Below, in pieces: positions 59,936-64,000 of a DNA stretch of 64,000 nucleotides. Made by a program: the position numbers and the translations under genes. Origin of the DNA: the human T2T-CHM13v2.0 reference genome, Homo sapiens; the NCBI RefSeq assembly GCF_009914755.1, contig NC_060926.1. One strand, given 5' to 3'. Numbering within the stretch: the first letter of the stretch is position 1; each line of letters starts with the position of its first letter. The notes under the pieces were generated by a model. The model had not been told where the DNA came from, ran no database searches, and worked only from the letters and a program-made list of their open reading frames with translations.

Positions 59936-60617
59936 TATGTAGAGGGGAGGATATCATTAAACATAAAATCTTCCCTCAACTCAGAAAAGCTCTCCACAAA
60001 GGTAGAACAGAAAGGAAACAATTTTATCATTAAATAAGCATTAAACCACAATGTGATATGCATTACAGGCAATTTGCAAGGAGACGCAAAGACAGAAACA
60101 AATCTTACCCTTGTTATACAGCCATCAGATAGAACCCATTACATATATGTTCTCAAGATATACGATAATCAGTCCTCAAGAAAGAGGGCTTGACAGCACT
60201 GTTTCTTACACATAGTTCATCCTAAATTTACCTGGTAAGTGGGGCCACCATCTGTGTTAGTTAACTGATTTTAAAGGGAAGATAAAGTCCTATCTTTATG
60301 ACAACAGGGAGTTTTGCAACTTGGAGCCAGGTACCCTCTCAAGTTAAGCTCGGAGATAGGGGTGCATCTCCCTTAATGCTCACATTTCAAAGAGCTGACT
60401 GCCAGCTCCTGGAGAAAGGCATGCCCCAGTCATAAAGCTGGCAAGAGGCTTATTTAGGTTCTAAAAAGATTTACATCCATTTCGAAGAGACAGAGAAAAG
60501 AACTTACAAGTTTTCGAAAGTAAATGCTGTAAGAAAAAAAAGAGGAGAGAAGTCTTTTCTCTTATTTTCAGCAAGGAGAATTCAACCTCTTATTTTTACT
60601 TTGTATTTGTCCTTCCA
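59936..60617 (-). mobile_element. MER39-like ERV1 solo LTR
   Basis: The reverse complement begins TGGAAGGACAAATACAAAGTAAAAATAAGAGG and contains TAAATAAGCCTCTTGCCAGCTTTATGAC, as in the recalled MER39. Flanks are GCCC/GCCT. Confidence 0.8.
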
Positions 60618-61429
60618 GCCTCTAAGCAGGGAAATGAGTAGCGGTAACAGAGAGACCTCAGCAAGTTCGAAAGGAGTGAGGGCACCAGGGTGCAGCTAAC
60701 TGGTCTTTTCTTTTGCACACTGGGTGTGATTTAGACTTCAGGTAGGACAGTGCAGGTGGGTGCTGGGAGCGGACTCAGTTCTTTCGTGGGGATCTTTGGG
60801 CTAATGAAGTGATTAAGGCTTGGGAGAAGTAGGCTACGCTACAGTAAACTGGATAGCCAAATCCGGTTTCTGTAAATCTAGTGTTCACATTGCTACAGTC
60901 AGAGAACAGACTTGGTGGAGCTCAGACAACCCCTGCTTTCCATTTTAAACCCACAGTCATGCCGCTTATTGAAACCATCAGCAGGAGGAGTTTGGATAAA
61001 GCTGAAGTTCCACTTAGGCGCTCGGTGATCCATCTGGGAAGACAGTGGCCACAGCCCAACAGGAGGCCGGGGAACCTGGACCCCACCAGCCAAGGTATTT
61101 CATGGAAGGACACCACCATGCACTGGGCCTGTCTCTGCCCCCGGTCAGGGCCTCATGCTCTCCTCTCCAACCATTTGGTTTCCTCCTACTTCTGAATGCA
61201 GGCTCTGAATTCAGAAGAGGCACCATGGGCCTCGCTGGACCCTGGGAGCCGCAGAGGAGGGAAGCCTGCCTTCAGTTTCAAAGCCTTCTTTCTTGCCTTC
61301 TCTTCCTATGACCTCAAGGCAGCACTTCTTTGTGGTTCCTAGAAAAGACACACCTTTCATTAACATTGCTTTTCCAGCTCCCATTCCATTTCATGTGGTT
61401 TTCTTTGTTCCTACTTCTTCTTCTTTAAA

Positions 61430-61435
<6 letters not shown>

Positions 61436-61475
<40 letters not shown>
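61436..61475. repeat. (GA)n microsatellite, ~20 units
   Basis: Directly visible. Confidence 0.97.
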
Positions 61476-61477
<2 letters not shown>

Positions 61478-61549
61478 CATTCAGTGTTTTTCCTTGGGAT
61501 CCAGGACATAGTCTTATTAGTCTCATATTTTTTCTCATGTGGGATCTGA

Positions 61550-61705
61550 GGAACTATATCTGCCTCACCAGGGTAGGTTGTTAAAATGCAGATTCTTGGG
61601 CCCTGTGCACTTCCAGAACTGGAAACTCTGGAGGTGGGTGGGTCAGGAATCTGCATTTGTAATTAGCCTCTCCATGCTTCCTACACTGGCGGGAGCTTGA
61701 GAAAG
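61550..61705. mobile_element. MER5-type hAT-Charlie element
   Basis: TTGTTAAAATGCAGATTCTTGGGCCC ... CAGGAATCTGCATTT is the MER5 internal inverted motif. Confidence 0.78.
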
Positions 61706-62037
61706 GGGTTCCTCCAGAGACGATCTGTGTAGGGAAAGGTCACTGTCCTCCAAGTTAGAAAAATGGGGTTGCACTTTTTACATGGGTGATCTCCCTGTGT
61801 CAAAGGGAGAGAACTCGTCACAGCAGTTTGGAGAGGATTACAAGAGGAAATGTACGTATAAAAGGTCTTAAACTGCAATGGTCCAACAATACAAGTAGCA
61901 TGGTACTCTTACTCTTTGGGAATCTTCTGAGCCTTTAAACGTACTATGTTCGGAAAATATCAAGTCCTCCAAATCATCTAACTCTCTTGTTCCCTTGTCT
62001 GATTCCACTGCCAAGTCTTCCTTTTACTGATGTTTAA

Positions 62038-62352
62038 GGCTGGGTGTGGTGGCTCATGCCTGTCATCCCAGCACTTTGGGAGGGCGAGGTGGGCCGATCA
62101 CCTGAGGTCAGGAGCTCGAGATCAGCCTGGCCAACATGGTGAAACCCCATCTCTACTAAAAGTACAAAAATTAGCGGGGCATGGTGGTGCGTGGCTGTAA
62201 TCCCAGCTACTCAGGAGGCTGAAGCAGGGGAATCACTTCAATCCAGGAGGCAGAGGTTGCAGTGAGCCGAGATCACATCACTGCACTCCAGCCTGAATGA
62301 CAGAGGGAGACTCAGTCTCAAAATAAATAAATAAATAAACAAATAAATAAAT
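62038..62352 (+). mobile_element. AluSx with (AAAT)n tail
   Basis: Complete Alu with TSD ATGTTTA at 62030-62036 and 62353-62359. Confidence 0.96.
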
Positions 62353-62839
62353 ATGTTTAGAGGAGACACCAAAGGGAATTCCACAGCCAAATCTGCCTGC
62401 TCCAGGAAATGCATAAGGTCCCCTAGTCTTGTGCTGCCTGGTGACATCCTCTACCCTTTGTCTGGGCCTGAGGGACCTTGTGGCCGTGCATCCACTAGAG
62501 GTGCCATCGTGGTCTTAGGAGTGTCTGTGCCTGGGCTCCTCCTGTGCCCAGTTTCCTCTGGGGTCTCATTTAATGTCCAAATGACCAACTTACACTACAC
62601 ATAGAAGTAAAATACATATCCAGAGCTCATGGATCCTGTCTTCGTGGATGTGCTGGTCTTTCCTGTGGGATTCTAGACGTGTGAAGGACAGTGGGCTGGA
62701 TTGATTATTTTATGTCTATAGAATGCTTGGCACAGTGCTGAATTGACACAATTAATTCTGGTTGAATTGAAAAGATTTTGGTCCCTGGTCTTCTCAGATC
62801 TGGCCTTGTGGGGATATAATAAATGGGTTTTCAATCATT

Positions 62840-63040
62840 ATCATAAATCATTAAGAACTTACTATGAGTACTATAGTCAGACACTGAACTTAAGTGTGTT
62901 ATCTATGAATTGTCTCCTTTAATCCTCTCAACGATTTATAATTTAGGAACTATCACCTCTTAATCTGTCGATGAGGAAACTGTGGCTCATAGCAGCTAAT
63001 TCAAGTGACCCAAATCATATACCTGCAGATAGTGGCTCTG
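62840..63040 (-). mobile_element. MIR SINE
   Basis: TTTAATCCTCTCAAC...GATGAGGAAACTGTGGCTCA. Confidence 0.75.
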
Positions 63041-64000
63041 GGTCAATCCAAGTAAATCCCTTCCACTGACTCCTTTTACCTTGAACTAAAAATAACTCCT
63101 TATAAAATGCAGATTCAGTGGTAATGGCTGCTACCGTCACTCCCAACCTCTTCCAGAATTATGGTGAGAAGGAAGAAGACATTTTGTAGGCAACAGTGTC
63201 TTACCTGTGTATGGCTTTGATTTTATTTATTTGTTTGTGTGTTTGGGGGGTTATCTTTTAAACCATTTTCAAAGAAACTTCACAAACTCCATGTAATTTG
63301 ATTTCCACACCAGCCTGCCGAGCTGGTCAGGAAAGGTACTGCTGCATTTTTGTTGAGGAAGCAGACTCAGAGAGGCTGTGATTTGCTTAAGACTGTGGTG
63401 TGGGAGGCTGGACCCAGAGCAGGAGATAGTTCACTCCTGTTCCTGCAAAGGCAGTGGAACCAGGTGTCTGCCATGGTTGCCCGTGTTAGCTGCTCTCTTC
63501 CACCTGTCCTTGCAGGGGTGGAAGTCAGGCTTAGCTGGATCTGGGGTCTCCACATCACATCTTGTTTCTGGGGCTCAGAAGCTAGTGATAGCTAGTAGTG
63601 AGTAAAGAAAACCCTTTGATCTCCTGTTTGATAACAGTAATGGTGTTTGGAATATTTTAAAAAATTTATAGCACACAGAAACACAGAAAGCCACAATGGA
63701 TTCACCAATGCTTTTAATAAATTTATGTTTTATGGAGCAAGAAAAGCACTTCTATAACCTTGGTAGATGGTAACTTTTGCATGTGAGAATATAGTGAATT
63801 CACTCTCCTGATAACTCCTGGTGTGGCTACAGATCACAGCACCTCTTGCAATTATTGTTTTTCCCATTTTCTATTCCTGCTCATCTCTGCTCCCACCCTC
63901 ACCCCAGGTTTGCAGGGAAAACTTTGAAGGAAGGCTCATTCCAGGGGCACCTGCCAAGATATTTGGAATGAGGGCCCTTTGGAGTCTAAGGTGAGAGGCA

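Overview
Primate genomic DNA, most likely human or another catarrhine (AluJ/S/Y, L1PA, THE1/MST MaLRs, MER51, MER39, MLT, MIR, L2). I found no credible host protein-coding exon, RNA gene or CpG island. The supplied ORFs are repeat-derived (L1 ORF1/ORF2, MaLR internal ORF, Alu, microsatellite) or chance ORFs. Bases 1-54,500 are a dense stack of nested transposon remnants. It includes three full-length LTR-internal-LTR MaLR elements, a 5'-complete L1PA7/8-like element whose 3' end is deleted and fused to a THE1 LTR fragment, several old L1M elements and about 16 Alus. Bases 55,000-64,000 are less repetitive and could be regulatory or intronic. The most unusual structure is a ~200-bp inverted duplication (53314-53514 / 54155-54346). 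It crosses an LTR/flank junction, has an identity gradient and has a short fold-back at one breakpoint. I see no evidence of a new gene system. Subfamily names come from recalled consensus features rather than a RepeatMasker run, and boundaries of old repeats are approximate.
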